DNA of 64,000 nt from Candidatus Latescibacterota bacterium (GCA_965207885.1 OZ242311.1:2112001-2176000), one strand, 5' to 3'; shown: positions 41,299 through 51,467, numbered from the stretch's first letter. Numbers and translations are program-made. Notes: generated by a model not told the origin, from the letters alone.

Positions 41299-41398
41299 AC
41301 CAGCCTCCTGGATACAAATTTTTCAAATAGAGGTCACGCCAAGTATAATATACTACAAAATTTTAGACAATATCAGCTATAAAAAAGCAATCCGCTTA

Positions 41399-43573
41399 TC
41401 ACAGCAAAGTTCCCTGAACAGGTTCTTCGACGAGTCCAGCTCGAATGCGCTGAGATAGGGTCGTGTGTCGCTCTGCAACCCGATTGTTGCGAACAGCCAT
41501 CCCCAGAGCCTGTTTTGTTCCTGCGAGTACGACCAGTTCTCGCGCCCGAGTAATGGCTGTGTACAACAAGTTGCGCTGTAACATCATATAGTGTTGCGTG
41601 GTCAAGGGCATTACCACGGCGCGAAATTCTGCACCCTGGCTCTTGTGTACACTCATGGCATAGGCCAGCACCAACTCGTCTAATTCCGAAAACTCGTATT
41701 CTAAGACGCGGTCCTGAAATCGCACGCGCAATATATCATCCTCTATTCCCTGGACGCGCCCAATATCACCGTTAAAAACATCGCGGTCGTAGTTATTTCG
41801 CACCTGCATCACTTTGTCGCCCACTCGAAAGCGGATACCGCCCCGCGTCATCTCCTGTCCTTTGGGATTTAACTCGTCTTGCAAGACCTGGTTGAGATTG
41901 TTCGCGCCGGTTTCCCCTCGATACATCGGCACGAGTACCTGGATATCTTCAATACTGTCCAAACGATATGTGCGCGGTAAGCGTGCAGCACACAATCCAC
42001 AAACCATCTCTACGACCTGGTCGGGTTCCGAGACTTCGAGAAAAAAGAAATCCGCATCGCGATCATTCTGTAAGTATGGCATTTCGCCGCGATTGATCGC
42101 GTGGGCATTGGTAATGATGCGGCTCGTTTGTGCCTGCCGAAAGATCTCGTTGAGTTCCACGACTTCGACAATGCCAGATGCAATGACATCCTTCAACACA
42201 TTTCCCGCGCCGACCGATGGCAACTGATCGACGTCGCCTACCAGGACTACCGAAGCGCTGATTGGAACAGCGCGCAATAGACTGTTCATCAGAACCGTAT
42301 CGACCATGGATATTTCATCGACAATCAGGGCTTCGATCTCCAGGGGGTTCTCAAAATTTTTCTCAAACGCCATTTCAGATGGGCTAAATTTTAGCAATCT
42401 GTGGATGGTTTTGGCCTCATGCCCGGTCGCCTCAGACATCCGCTTGGCCGCGCGTCCCGTTGGCGCTGCCAGTGCGATTTTTTTGTTTCGCGCCTCTAAA
42501 AGTGCGATGAGTCCCTTAATGGTCGTTGTTTTACCCGTTCCCGGCCCCCCCGTCAATACCAGCAAATTGTGCGATAATGCCTTTTCTAAGGCTAATTTTT
42601 GACGGGGCGCGAATGTGACCCCGTCGCGCTGTTCTATGGCTCTGATCTCCGCCGGGATATTGCCCAGTTCAATGCGTTGTACCTGGGATAATTGATAGCA
42701 CCGCGTTGCGGCGCCCTGTTCGGCATAGTACAAATGTGGCAAATACACCCGCTCATCATCTACCACAATTGATTCTTCGGAGAGCAATTGCGCTACGCAT
42801 GGTGGGATTGCATCAATAGGGACATCGAGTGCTTCGGCACACGATTCAATGAGCGCGTCCTCGGGCAAGAAAACATGGCCTTCTTTGTCTGCGGCTTCAT
42901 TGAGTACATGCAAAAGACCGGCCTGGATGCGCCGGTCTGAATGCGCGGGTATGCCCATTTTTTGCGCGATGCGGTCTGCCGTCAAAAAGCCAATGCCCCA
43001 AACATCTACCGATAGGCGATAGGGATTTTCCCGAATCAATTCAACGGCTTCATGCCCGTACCGTTTCCATATTTTTACGGCGTATCCCGTGCCCACTTCG
43101 TGCGATTGCAAGAATAGCATGACATTGTGAATTTCGCGCTGGTCTTCCCAGGCTTTGATAATCCACTTTGCGCGTTTGGCTCCCAATCCTTCGACTTCGA
43201 CCAGTCGTTTGGGATCTCTTTCGATGACATCGAGAGCTTCTTTTCCAAAGTGATCCACAATCCGCTTTGCCGTGACTGGCCCAATGCCTTTGATCAATCC
43301 CGAACCCAAATACCGCCGCATTCCCTCTACTGTAGATGGATGCACGGTCTGGTAGGATTCAATTTTGAATTGTGCCCCATATTGCTTATGGGTTGTCCAT
43401 TCGCCTTCCAAAACCACGGTCTCACCCGGGTTGATAGACAGCATTTCGCCCACAATGGTAGCCGGACGGTTGTTGTATGCGGCCAATCCCTCTACCTGCA
43501 AACGGGCAACCGTGTATCCATTCTCTTCGTTTTGAAATGTAATGCGATCCACAATTCCGCGAAGCTGAGCCAT
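41399..43573 (-). CDS. recD2: ATP-dependent RecD-like DNA helicase
   Basis: YLGSGLIKGIG, GGPGTGKTT, DEISM, HKSQGAEF, YTAITRA. Confidence 0.95.
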   Translation of the reverse strand: MAQLRGIVDRITFQNEENGYTVARLQVEGLAAYNNRPATIVGEMLSINPGETVVLEGEWTTHKQYGAQFKIESYQTVHPSTVEGMRRYLGSGLIKGIGPVTAKRIVDHFGKEALDVIERDPKRLVEVEGLGAKRAKWIIKAWEDQREIHNVMLFLQSHEVGTGYAVKIWKRYGHEAVELIRENPYRLSVDVWGIGFLTADRIAQKMGIPAHSDRRIQAGLLHVLNEAADKEGHVFLPEDALIESCAEALDVPIDAIPPCVAQLLSEESIVVDDERVYLPHLYYAEQGAATRCYQLSQVQRIELGNIPAEIRAIEQRDGVTFAPRQKLALEKALSHNLLVLTGGPGTGKTTTIKGLIALLEARNKKIALAAPTGRAAKRMSEATGHEAKTIHRLLKFSPSEMAFEKNFENPLEIEALIVDEISMVDTVLMNSLLRAVPISASVVLVGDVDQLPSVGAGNVLKDVIASGIVEVVELNEIFRQAQTSRIITNAHAINRGEMPYLQNDRDADFFFLEVSEPDQVVEMVCGLCAARLPRTYRLDSIEDIQVLVPMYRGETGANNLNQVLQDELNPKGQEMTRGGIRFRVGDKVMQVRNNYDRDVFNGDIGRVQGIEDDILRVRFQDRVLEYEFSELDELVLAYAMSVHKSQGAEFRAVVMPLTTQHYMMLQRNLLYTAITRARELVVLAGTKQALGMAVRNNRVAERHTTLSQRIRAGLVEEPVQGTLL

Positions 43574-43700
43574 ATAAAACCTCGGCGAACATGTTCTCCC
43601 ATCACACAATCGGAGTGGTAGAGGAATTATACGACACTTGCCGCGGTTTTACAAGTTGCTCTCGATATGGCGTTTACTCTCACCATTTTTGCTGGGTCAT

Positions 43701-46169
43701 TTACTCATCTCTCAAAGTATCCACGGGATTAGATACAGCAACTCGTATGGCTTGATAACTCACAGTGCATAAAGCAATCATCAGCATAAGAACGCCACTC
43801 AATAAAAAAACACCTATTCCAAAATCAATCCGATAAGCAAAATTCTCAAGCCAGCGTTGTGCGGCATAATAAGCGACAGGCCAGACAATCAGATTGGCGA
43901 TGAGGATCAGTTTTACAAAATCCTTTGAAAGCAACAGAACAATATTCAATACTGTTGCGCCCAAAACTTTCCGAATACCGATCTCTTTGGTGCGCTGTTC
44001 AGCAGTATAAGCAGATAGGGCGAACAAACCGAGGCAAGCAATAAAAATGGCCAGGATAGTAAAAGCATGAAGTACCTGTCCAAGACGCACTTCCTTTTGA
44101 TACATCGTATTCAGTTGGTCGTCCATGAACCAGAACGTGAAAGGTCGGTTGGGGACAAAACGCTGCCAGGTCTTATCCAGGAATTCAATCGTTTCTAAAA
44201 TATTTTTGGACTGAATTTTGAGTGCGAGATAAGAATAAAAACCCGTTCGCATATAAATGCCCATAGGACCGATTTTTTCTCGCAAGGATTGATGATGATA
44301 ATTTTTAATTACCCCAATTACACGCCCTTTGCGAGGCAAAAACACGACTTCTATTTGTTTGCCAAGCGATTTCTTCCAGCCCAAATATTTCACTGCTGAC
44401 TCGTTGAGAAGAATTGCTTCGGTAAAATCGCTGCTCATTTCCGTAGAGAAGTTACGACCAGAAAGAAGTTCGATTTCAAATGTGTCGAGATAATCCTCAT
44501 CGGCCTGCTGAAACGCCATGTGAATTTCCCGATCTTGAATGCCTTCTGCACGAATCAAACGCAGACGGTTGGTGCCCATACCAAAAGGAAAATTATAAGC
44601 GGTCGCCTTGAACACGTTGGGGTGTTCCAAAAAGGCTTGTTTGACCACGTTGTAACGCGAAGCCAAACGCTCATTGGGGTCTGTCCTGGCCCCCCGATGC
44701 GTAATGAAGATGGGCAAAACCACAATGTGTTCTTTGTTGAATCCCAGCTTTTTTGTTTTTATATACACGAGCTGACGCGATACCATTATTGTGGCAACAA
44801 TCAGCAAAATGGAAATCGCAAACTGGACAACAACGAGGCTCTTACGCAATGATGTTTCTCGACCTCTCATCTTTCCGGTGCCTTTGAGCACCTCAATAGG
44901 ATGAAATTTCGACAGAAACAGTGCGGGATAACTTCCCGACAAAAGACCGACAAACAGGGTGACCGCTATTAGCCCCAATAAGAGCGTCCAATCGTTGAGG
45001 ATATTCAGATTCAGGTCGCGATTTAGAAAGGTGTTGAGAAAAGGAAGAGCGGCTTTGCCTATCATAACGGCCAGAGGCAGGGCAAAAAACGCGATGAGAA
45101 TAGATTCGTTCAGAAATTGCTGGATCAACTGCTGCCTATGTGCGCCCACAACCTTTCGCATGCCGACTTCCCGAGCGCGATTCGTTGAACGGGCTGTGGA
45201 AAGGCTCATGAAGTTGATGCACGCAATCGCCAACACGGCAACTCCCGCACAGGCAAACATGTAAACCTGTCGAATATCTCCCTGTACGCCAGGGCCCCGT
45301 TTGACAATCGCTTGTCGAATATTCTCTTCTGTTTCAATAGCATAATCGACATTTGAATAAAGATGTACACGATTCAGGGATTGCAAGTGATAGGTTGTGG
45401 TCGCGCGAACTTGAGGACCTATGTAGCGGTTGATCAAATCGGGCAGTTTGCGTTCCAAGTCGGCAGATTTTGCGTTTGGATGCAACAAGATATATGTGAC
45501 AAACATACGGTTTTGCACATCTTCCCATCTTGTCCATTTGTCTTGAATATAGGAGTCGCCAACAGTTGAATGTAGAAAGTCGATTTGCAAACTCGTATTG
45601 GTAGACAAATCGCGCAAGACGCCCGTCACTTTGAATTCGCCATGCCAGAACCGCCCATCAACCGTGAGAATTTTACCCATGGGGTTTTCATCGCCGAAAT
45701 ATTTTCGAGCCATCTTCTCAGTCAAAACAATGGTATATGGCTCTTGAAGCGCGGTTTGCGGTTTGCCCTTTAGAAAGGGAATTTGAAAAATGTCAAAGAA
45801 AGACGCATCAACCAGATCGAACTTCTGCTGGAAAAATTTATCTTTGTATCTCAACATAATCTCGTGACGCCCCATGCGCGTCGCTTGCTGAACTTCTGGA
45901 AAATCGCGCATCAGCGCATCGGCCAGCGCGCCGGAGGTATTTGCCTCGTAGTGTGCCTGGTCTGCACCGGTTGAACGCGTTTCCCGAATAACCCGATAAA
46001 TGCGATCCGAATTTGGATAAAAGCGATCGTAACTCAATTCGTGCTGGACAAAACACAGCATCAGAATAAAACTGGCCATGCCAATCGCCAATCCAGAGAC
46101 GTTCATAAGCGTATAAATTTTGTACTTGAACAGATGTCGAATGGTGACGATTATATAATTTTTTAACAT
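43701..46169 (-). CDS. ABC transporter permease (MacB/FtsX duplicated type)
   Basis: ELSYDRF, IACINF..RAREVGMRKVVGA, QRTKEIGIRKVLGA. Confidence 0.92.
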   Translation of the reverse strand: MLKNYIIVTIRHLFKYKIYTLMNVSGLAIGMASFILMLCFVQHELSYDRFYPNSDRIYRVIRETRSTGADQAHYEANTSGALADALMRDFPEVQQATRMGRHEIMLRYKDKFFQQKFDLVDASFFDIFQIPFLKGKPQTALQEPYTIVLTEKMARKYFGDENPMGKILTVDGRFWHGEFKVTGVLRDLSTNTSLQIDFLHSTVGDSYIQDKWTRWEDVQNRMFVTYILLHPNAKSADLERKLPDLINRYIGPQVRATTTYHLQSLNRVHLYSNVDYAIETEENIRQAIVKRGPGVQGDIRQVYMFACAGVAVLAIACINFMSLSTARSTNRAREVGMRKVVGAHRQQLIQQFLNESILIAFFALPLAVMIGKAALPFLNTFLNRDLNLNILNDWTLLLGLIAVTLFVGLLSGSYPALFLSKFHPIEVLKGTGKMRGRETSLRKSLVVVQFAISILLIVATIMVSRQLVYIKTKKLGFNKEHIVVLPIFITHRGARTDPNERLASRYNVVKQAFLEHPNVFKATAYNFPFGMGTNRLRLIRAEGIQDREIHMAFQQADEDYLDTFEIELLSGRNFSTEMSSDFTEAILLNESAVKYLGWKKSLGKQIEVVFLPRKGRVIGVIKNYHHQSLREKIGPMGIYMRTGFYSYLALKIQSKNILETIEFLDKTWQRFVPNRPFTFWFMDDQLNTMYQKEVRLGQVLHAFTILAIFIACLGLFALSAYTAEQRTKEIGIRKVLGATVLNIVLLLSKDFVKLILIANLIVWPVAYYAAQRWLENFAYRIDFGIGVFLLSGVLMLMIALCTVSYQAIRVAVSNPVDTLRDE

Positions 46170-46174
46170 AGGTT

Positions 46175-46735
46175 TTATCTTTTTCGCGCAAAAATCCGCA
46201 ACCCCTGTGGCAATCCATCCAGCATATTCTCGCGCCAATTTTCGGGATGCGCGGCTGGTTTTTCGAAAAACTCGACGAGATCAAAACCCGTCTCAATCAA
46301 CGCCGTCACAAAATCGCTTACGGTCCAGTGGAAATTGAATTGCGTCGGTTTACCCTTGCGTTCTTCAAGCGAAACATCCGAAACCAAAGCATACCCCTTA
46401 CCTGTCTCAGGATTGTATAAATACTCTTTCGGTGTATGATCGAAATAATGATATTCCATGCGAATTTTATCTTCTGCGTCTTTCTCATCGTGAAAGTATT
46501 CACAATGATGCAGCACCTGCCGAGCCGCATAATTATCCCCACTGCCCAATACGCAGACCCGCTTACCACGCAAATTTCCAATATGCTTTCTCAATAAATA
46601 TTTCTGTCTATCCTCAAAACCAAAAAGTGAATCTTCAGCGCACGTCCGCCACCTTGCTGCAACATCTCGCCGCGCTTTCCATCGCGATGCTGTCACTTGC
46701 CACTTTTGCCTGTTTTTTTCATGCATCGGGTTCAT
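46175..46735 (-). pseudogene. Class I SAM-dependent methyltransferase with probable internal deletion
   Basis: Motif I region GKRVCVLGSGD runs directly into a C-terminal part (FHWTVSDFVTALIETGF..GLP); the central Rossmann motifs are not visible. Confidence 0.55.
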
Positions 46736-46908
46736 CGTGCTGTCTCCCGTCGCGACCTATGTCGCTTTTAAGCGTTTGCACATTTAAATTATTTTATCGA
46801 TGTAAAACCAATTTTTGGCCTCCAAAACGCGCATAGCGATACCCTTTTCTTTATACAGGCCTTAAATTCGTGGAACACACAAACTATAAAATCCGTATAT
46901 TATCTCAC

Positions 46909-47134
46909 AGCCCGTAAGACCCACTCGCAGAGAGCTTTAGCGTTGGGAAGCAGACGCGAGTTAGCGAGCGTTGTTTTGCAAGGGCTTCCGAATCCCTGCT
47001 TTCGCAGGGACATGCTTATGGTGCGGTGCTTCCGTGTAAAATCATCACGGAACATGCTTGGCATGGTGGCACATTGCTCAAGGCAATGTGGGCGGTGGAG
47101 CGGTGTACAAGTGCGCCAGCACTTCATCAACTAA
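46909..47134. other. Conserved structured non-coding left-end module (copy 2)
   Basis: Homologous to the reverse complement of 14552-14724, with a 28-nt hairpin insertion. Confidence 0.8.
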
Positions 47135-47162
47135 AATCATTCGTTCACAGACCACATAAAAC

Positions 47163-47191
47163 TTGCATAAGTTACTGTTTTTGTGTATATT
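47163..47191 (+). promoter_or_regulatory. Promoter of the truncated tnpB, leaderless
   Basis: TTGCAT-17 nt-TATATT-6 nt-ATG (47198). Confidence 0.65.
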
Positions 47192-47197
47192 TATGCT

Positions 47198-47728
47198 ATG
47201 GAATACTTAACATACAAATACAAAATGTATAGTCTCTGTGATCGCAATATGTATATCCATAGGGATATAGATTCTTTTGCTGAGGTGTATAATCATTTCA
47301 TTGCTTTGCACAAGCGATACTATCGGCGTTTTGGCAAATATCCGAATAAGTTCACAATGATTAACCATTTGGCAAAGCTGAAAAGAACAACACGCTTTGC
47401 ACATTGGCGTTTGTTGCCGTCACAGGCATTGCAAAATGTGGTTGAGCGCATAGACTTTGGCTATCAGAAATTCTTTGCCAGAGATAATAAGCGTCCGCCC
47501 ACATTCAGGTCTCGCTTTCGGTATCAGTCCTATACGCTGAAGCAAGCAGGATACAAATTCCTTGAGCGTAACAAGGTGCGTATTGGCAAGCGTATATTCA
47601 GATACCATAAGAGCAGAAAGTTCGATGTAGAGCGTATCAAGACGGTCACAATCAAACGTGACCGCGTAGGCGATTTGTGGCTATGTGTTGTTGCAAAGGC
47701 TGAGGGTTTTAGAATCCCAATGCTTTAG
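47198..47728 (+). pseudogene. tnpB: Truncated TnpB (WED/REC part only; RuvC and zinc finger deleted)
   Basis: TYKYKMY, SQALQ, PTFRSR, IKTVTIKRD..GDLW; the frame runs into the right-end hairpin before the GID motif. Confidence 0.85.
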
Positions 47729-47837
47729 ATTTGGGAGTACGTCAATGAAACACAACATTTAACGGCTACGTCACAACGGAAAAGAGGTTGGCCCAAAAGC
47801 TATTGACACACCGCATGTACCTGTCGGTGTGATCTGG

Positions 47838-47885
47838 GGTCCTCGCGCCGTCCCGCCAAGAACTCGCGCGAGGGCCTTTCTTTTT
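47838..47885 (+). terminator. Terminator-like hairpin
   Basis: GGTCCTCGCGC/GCGCGAGGGCC stem followed by TTTCTTTTT. Confidence 0.6.
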
Positions 47886-47940
47886 GGTACACGACATGGT
47901 TGCCTTCGGGCCAACCATGTCACAAATTGAAATTTTCCCG

Positions 47941-48117
47941 AAAAACAAAAAGCACCTACCCGTCCCTTCACCAAATCGCCAACTTTGACGCAAGGAACAA
48001 GCAGGTGCCTCGTGGACTGGTATGGCAACGCTGCTGAAACGCTGGGCGTTTCGAAAATATTGTTTTTTTTACAGGCCAGTCGGCAAAAAATATAGCCAAT
48101 CTTATATTTGGGGTCAA
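47941..48117 (-). ncRNA. Candidate small RNA with its own promoter and terminator
   Basis: TTGACC-17-TATATT (48117-48089); GACUGG/CCAGUC stem enclosing a GAAACGC/GCGUUUC hairpin; 17-bp G-U-rich terminal stem followed by a U tract. Confidence 0.5.
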
Positions 48118-48162
48118 GGGAGAAAATGGATTGGGGCTCATAGATATGATTGAGGATAAAAA

Positions 48163-48783
48163 ATGAAGCGGTTTCTCATCGTTGTTTTACTCGGATTGAT
48201 ATGGACAGCTCATGCTGAAGAGGATCGCAAGACGGTTTTGTTTTTGGGAGATAGCCTGACTGCGGGTTATGGTCTGGATAAAACGCAGGCTTTTCCCGCG
48301 CTGATTCAGGCAAAGATCGATTCGCTCGGGTGGGCGTTTGATGTGATCAATGGCGGACTGAGTGGCGAAACATCGGCGGGAGGGTTGCGGCGGGTCAACT
48401 GGTTGTTGCGGCGAAAAATCGATGTGCTGGTGCTGGCATTGGGGGGCAACGATGGCTTGCGGGGGATTCCCACGACTGAAATGCAGCAAAATTTACAGGG
48501 GATTATAGATCGCGCAAAAGAGAAGTATCCAGATATTCAGATCATACTTATGGGTATTGAAGCACCGCCAAATTTGGGAGATATATATACGACGGCTTTC
48601 CGTGCGGTGTTCCCTGCTCTATCTGAAAAGAATCGCGTGCTTTTGATACCCTTTTTATTGGAAGGTGTTGGCGGGATTCCAGAGCTGAATCTGCCAGACC
48701 GCATTCATCCCAATGCTGCGGGACATCGGATTATCGCGGAAACCGTGTGGCGCATGCTTAAACCGGTTCTGGAAAAGAAGTGA
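48163..48783 (+). CDS. Arylesterase / acyl-CoA thioesterase (GDSL/SGNH, TesA-like)
   Basis: FLGDSLTAGYG, GGNDGLRG, DRIHPN. Confidence 0.92.
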   Translation: MKRFLIVVLLGLIWTAHAEEDRKTVLFLGDSLTAGYGLDKTQAFPALIQAKIDSLGWAFDVINGGLSGETSAGGLRRVNWLLRRKIDVLVLALGGNDGLRGIPTTEMQQNLQGIIDRAKEKYPDIQIILMGIEAPPNLGDIYTTAFRAVFPALSEKNRVLLIPFLLEGVGGIPELNLPDRIHPNAAGHRIIAETVWRMLKPVLEKK

Positions 48784-48788
48784 GAAAA

Positions 48789-51350
48789 TCACACTTCGCT
48801 TCGCAAAATTTCGAGTGGAGGGCGGTCGGCGATGCCGCGGCTGTTGAGCATGCCGACAAGGATGGTGAGCGCGGTGACGAGGATAAAGACACTGGCAATG
48901 GCCGCAGTGGGCAGGGCAAAGTGGATGTCAAAAATAAAGATGGTGACAGCCCAGGCACCGCCAATAGAGAGTATGAGTCCAGTCAGGGTAGCGAGTGCAC
49001 CCAGGAAAGTGTATTCCAGCAAGAGTATGCGGCGAATCTGTTTTTGAGATGCCCCCAAAGTACGCAGCAAAACGGCTTCACGAATGCGTTGATAGCGGCT
49101 GGTGGTGACTGCGGCAGTTAGCACAATGAGTCCGGTAATCACACTAAAGAGTGCCATGAAGCGCACGACAAAGGCGATTTGTGAGAGTACATCGTCAACG
49201 GTTTTGAGAATAAGGCCGAGGTCAACAGCCGATACATTGGGGTATTGTTGAACCAGTGTGCGTTGCAGTATAGCTGATTGTTCGGTTGTGTTGATGCGCG
49301 TGGTCAAGACGTGAAACTGAGGAGCGGTTTCGAGCACGCCCTTGGGAAAGACGATAAAAAAGTTCGGCTGAATGCGCTGCCAGTCAACCACTCGCAGGCT
49401 TTGTACTGTGGTTTGAACGGACACGCCCTGGATGTCGAAGGTCAGGGTATCGCCGAGCGAGACGCGAAGCGAGCGGGCAATGTCGCGCTCAAATGAAACG
49501 GGGATGGGTTCTTCTGTCCATGTTGCATTGATCCAGGTGCCGCCTACGAGGCGTTCTGAATCGAAGAGGTGATTTCGATAGGTCGAGCGGTATTCGCGTT
49601 GAATTGCCCAGCGCCGCACATCGTGTATTCTGCCGTAGGAACGCGCATCTTGACCTTTGATGCTCTTCAGGCGCATGGTGACGATGGGGGCACGGTGGAT
49701 GATGGGTAGATTTTGTTTGCGAAGCAACGCGCTTACACCTTCAATCTGATCAGTTTGCACATCGACGAGAACAAAATTGGGACGGTTGTCGCTCCCTGCG
49801 ATGGCAATTTGAGCGAGCAGGGCATGTTGCACAATATAGAGCGTGGTGATGAGAAAGGTGCCCAGGCCCAGTGCGAGCATGAGAATTACGGTCTGATTGT
49901 GTGGGCGATAGAGATTGGCCAGGCCCTGTCGCCATACGTATTGCCAGGTTGTGGGAAAGAAGCGGCGAACGGTTTTGATAATGAGCCACGATGCCCCTAT
50001 GAGCAGTCCAAAGGCAATGCCAAACCCGATGGCAATGCCAATTCCCATGAGGATACTGCTGGTTTGCAAAATGCCTAATCCCGCGACTATGAGACAGATC
50101 CCGCCGATGGTCATTAATTGCAGAGGGTCTATTTGAGATCGTGCGTTTTCAAAAGATGCCCGCAAGGTGTGCAGGGGCGATGTTCGACGTATCGGCAACA
50201 GGGGGAGCAGGGCGAAGAGCAGCGACAGACTCAGGCCAATGCCGGTGCCCTGAATGACCGCCCAATAGGAAAATTGAATATCGAGTTCAATGGGCAGGAT
50301 TTGTGCGAGAACACCGGGCAGGAGATACTGAATGCCCACACCGAGGAGAGAACCGCACCCCGTGCCAATAAGACCCAGCGCGATGGCCTGGATGGCGTAA
50401 ATGCAGAGGATCTGATTCGATTGCGCGCCCATGCAGCGCAGGATGGCGACGGTTGTTATTTTTTGGCGTGTATAAACGTGAATGGCACTGGCAACGCCGA
50501 TACATCCGAGCAAGAGGGCGGCAAAGGCGACAAGACTGAGGAAAATATAGAGATTATCCAATATGCGATTGAGGCGTCTTTGACGGCTGGCAACGGTTTC
50601 GGTCCGCAAATTTTGATCCCCGCGATAGGGGCGAAGTTCGCGCTGGATGGATCCGATTCTCGTGCTGCTATCAAACTTAAAATAAGCCACATAAGACGCC
50701 AGGCTGCCAAATTTGATGAGGCCCGTTTTATCGAGATGCGATAAGGGGATGTACACACGAGGTGCCACTGTGGCAAAGGCCATGGCCTCGCCCGATATTT
50801 TTGTGATGCGTCCGCCTATGACAAAGGTGTGGTTGCCAATTCGCACGGAATCGCCGACCTGAACGCCAAATTGGACGAGCAAGCCATCGTCGAGGAGCGC
50901 GTGATGGGTATGCTGAAAGGTCTTCGACGCTTGTAGTGGATTGGTTTCAAATGTGCCGTAATAGGGAAAGTCGCCTTGTAGCGCGCGCACCTGTACCAGG
51001 CGGGTTCCGCCGTTTTTGGGAAAGAAGACCATTGAGGCAAAGCGCACTTCTCGGGATTGTTCCCCACCCCATGAGTTGAATAGGGAGTCAACCGCAGGCG
51101 CAAAAGCGCGCTGGCTGCTGACGCGTAAATCAGCACCTAAAAGTGTGCGCGCTTCATTTTCGACAACGCGTTGCAGGTTATCGCCGAGCGCGCGCACAGC
51201 TACGAGCCCACCCACGCCGAGCAATATGCAGGATATAAAGAGCAGTAATCGGCGGCGATACGTGCGGCTATCGCGCCAGGCCATGCGCCAGGTCCAGGCG
51301 TTGAATAGTGGGCTGGAGGTCTGATTTTTAATGCTGGTGATTCGATCCAT
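48789..51350 (-). CDS. ABC transporter permease (YbbP-like)
   Basis: MAWRDSR, LLGADL, FPYYG, LRTLGA; two FtsX domains. Confidence 0.9.
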   Translation of the reverse strand: MDRITSIKNQTSSPLFNAWTWRMAWRDSRTYRRRLLLFISCILLGVGGLVAVRALGDNLQRVVENEARTLLGADLRVSSQRAFAPAVDSLFNSWGGEQSREVRFASMVFFPKNGGTRLVQVRALQGDFPYYGTFETNPLQASKTFQHTHHALLDDGLLVQFGVQVGDSVRIGNHTFVIGGRITKISGEAMAFATVAPRVYIPLSHLDKTGLIKFGSLASYVAYFKFDSSTRIGSIQRELRPYRGDQNLRTETVASRQRRLNRILDNLYIFLSLVAFAALLLGCIGVASAIHVYTRQKITTVAILRCMGAQSNQILCIYAIQAIALGLIGTGCGSLLGVGIQYLLPGVLAQILPIELDIQFSYWAVIQGTGIGLSLSLLFALLPLLPIRRTSPLHTLRASFENARSQIDPLQLMTIGGICLIVAGLGILQTSSILMGIGIAIGFGIAFGLLIGASWLIIKTVRRFFPTTWQYVWRQGLANLYRPHNQTVILMLALGLGTFLITTLYIVQHALLAQIAIAGSDNRPNFVLVDVQTDQIEGVSALLRKQNLPIIHRAPIVTMRLKSIKGQDARSYGRIHDVRRWAIQREYRSTYRNHLFDSERLVGGTWINATWTEEPIPVSFERDIARSLRVSLGDTLTFDIQGVSVQTTVQSLRVVDWQRIQPNFFIVFPKGVLETAPQFHVLTTRINTTEQSAILQRTLVQQYPNVSAVDLGLILKTVDDVLSQIAFVVRFMALFSVITGLIVLTAAVTTSRYQRIREAVLLRTLGASQKQIRRILLLEYTFLGALATLTGLILSIGGAWAVTIFIFDIHFALPTAAIASVFILVTALTILVGMLNSRGIADRPPLEILRSEV

Positions 51351-51467
51351 GATAGAAATTAAAAATTAAAAATTAAGGCGTGGTGTACAACTGGTCCAGT
51401 CCAGACCTGTTCACGGTGATAGGGGTGTAGCACCCGTCTTTGGGTGGTTGGGCGGGGCCTTCACACT

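Larger units (their letters stand above)
46904..47745 (+). mobile_element. Internally deleted IS200/IS605-family tnpB element 2
   Basis: Left end follows TTAT (46900-46903), with guide AAGA and hairpin CCCA..TTGGG; right end GAAT-CCCAATGCTTTAGATTTGGG-AGTACGTCAA is IS608-like. Confidence 0.85.

Noticed and set aside
46900-47130. 76-aa minus-strand ORF across the module as a tnpA remnant
   Set aside because: No HUH or catalytic Tyr motif, and the frame is broken by stops and indels in copy 1.
47198-47728. Domesticated nuclease-dead TnpB regulator (TldR-like)
   Set aside because: TldRs keep the RuvC fold and guide scaffold; here both are deleted and IS ends remain, which fits decay.
47766-48028. 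Short ORFs 47766-47993 and 47771-48028
   Set aside because: No RBS or recognisable family, and they cross strong hairpins and terminators; a non-coding reading fits better.
48010-48085. ZTP or c-di-AMP riboswitch
   Set aside because: Only CGACTGGC resembles the ZTP motif; the remaining consensus and pseudoknot were not found.
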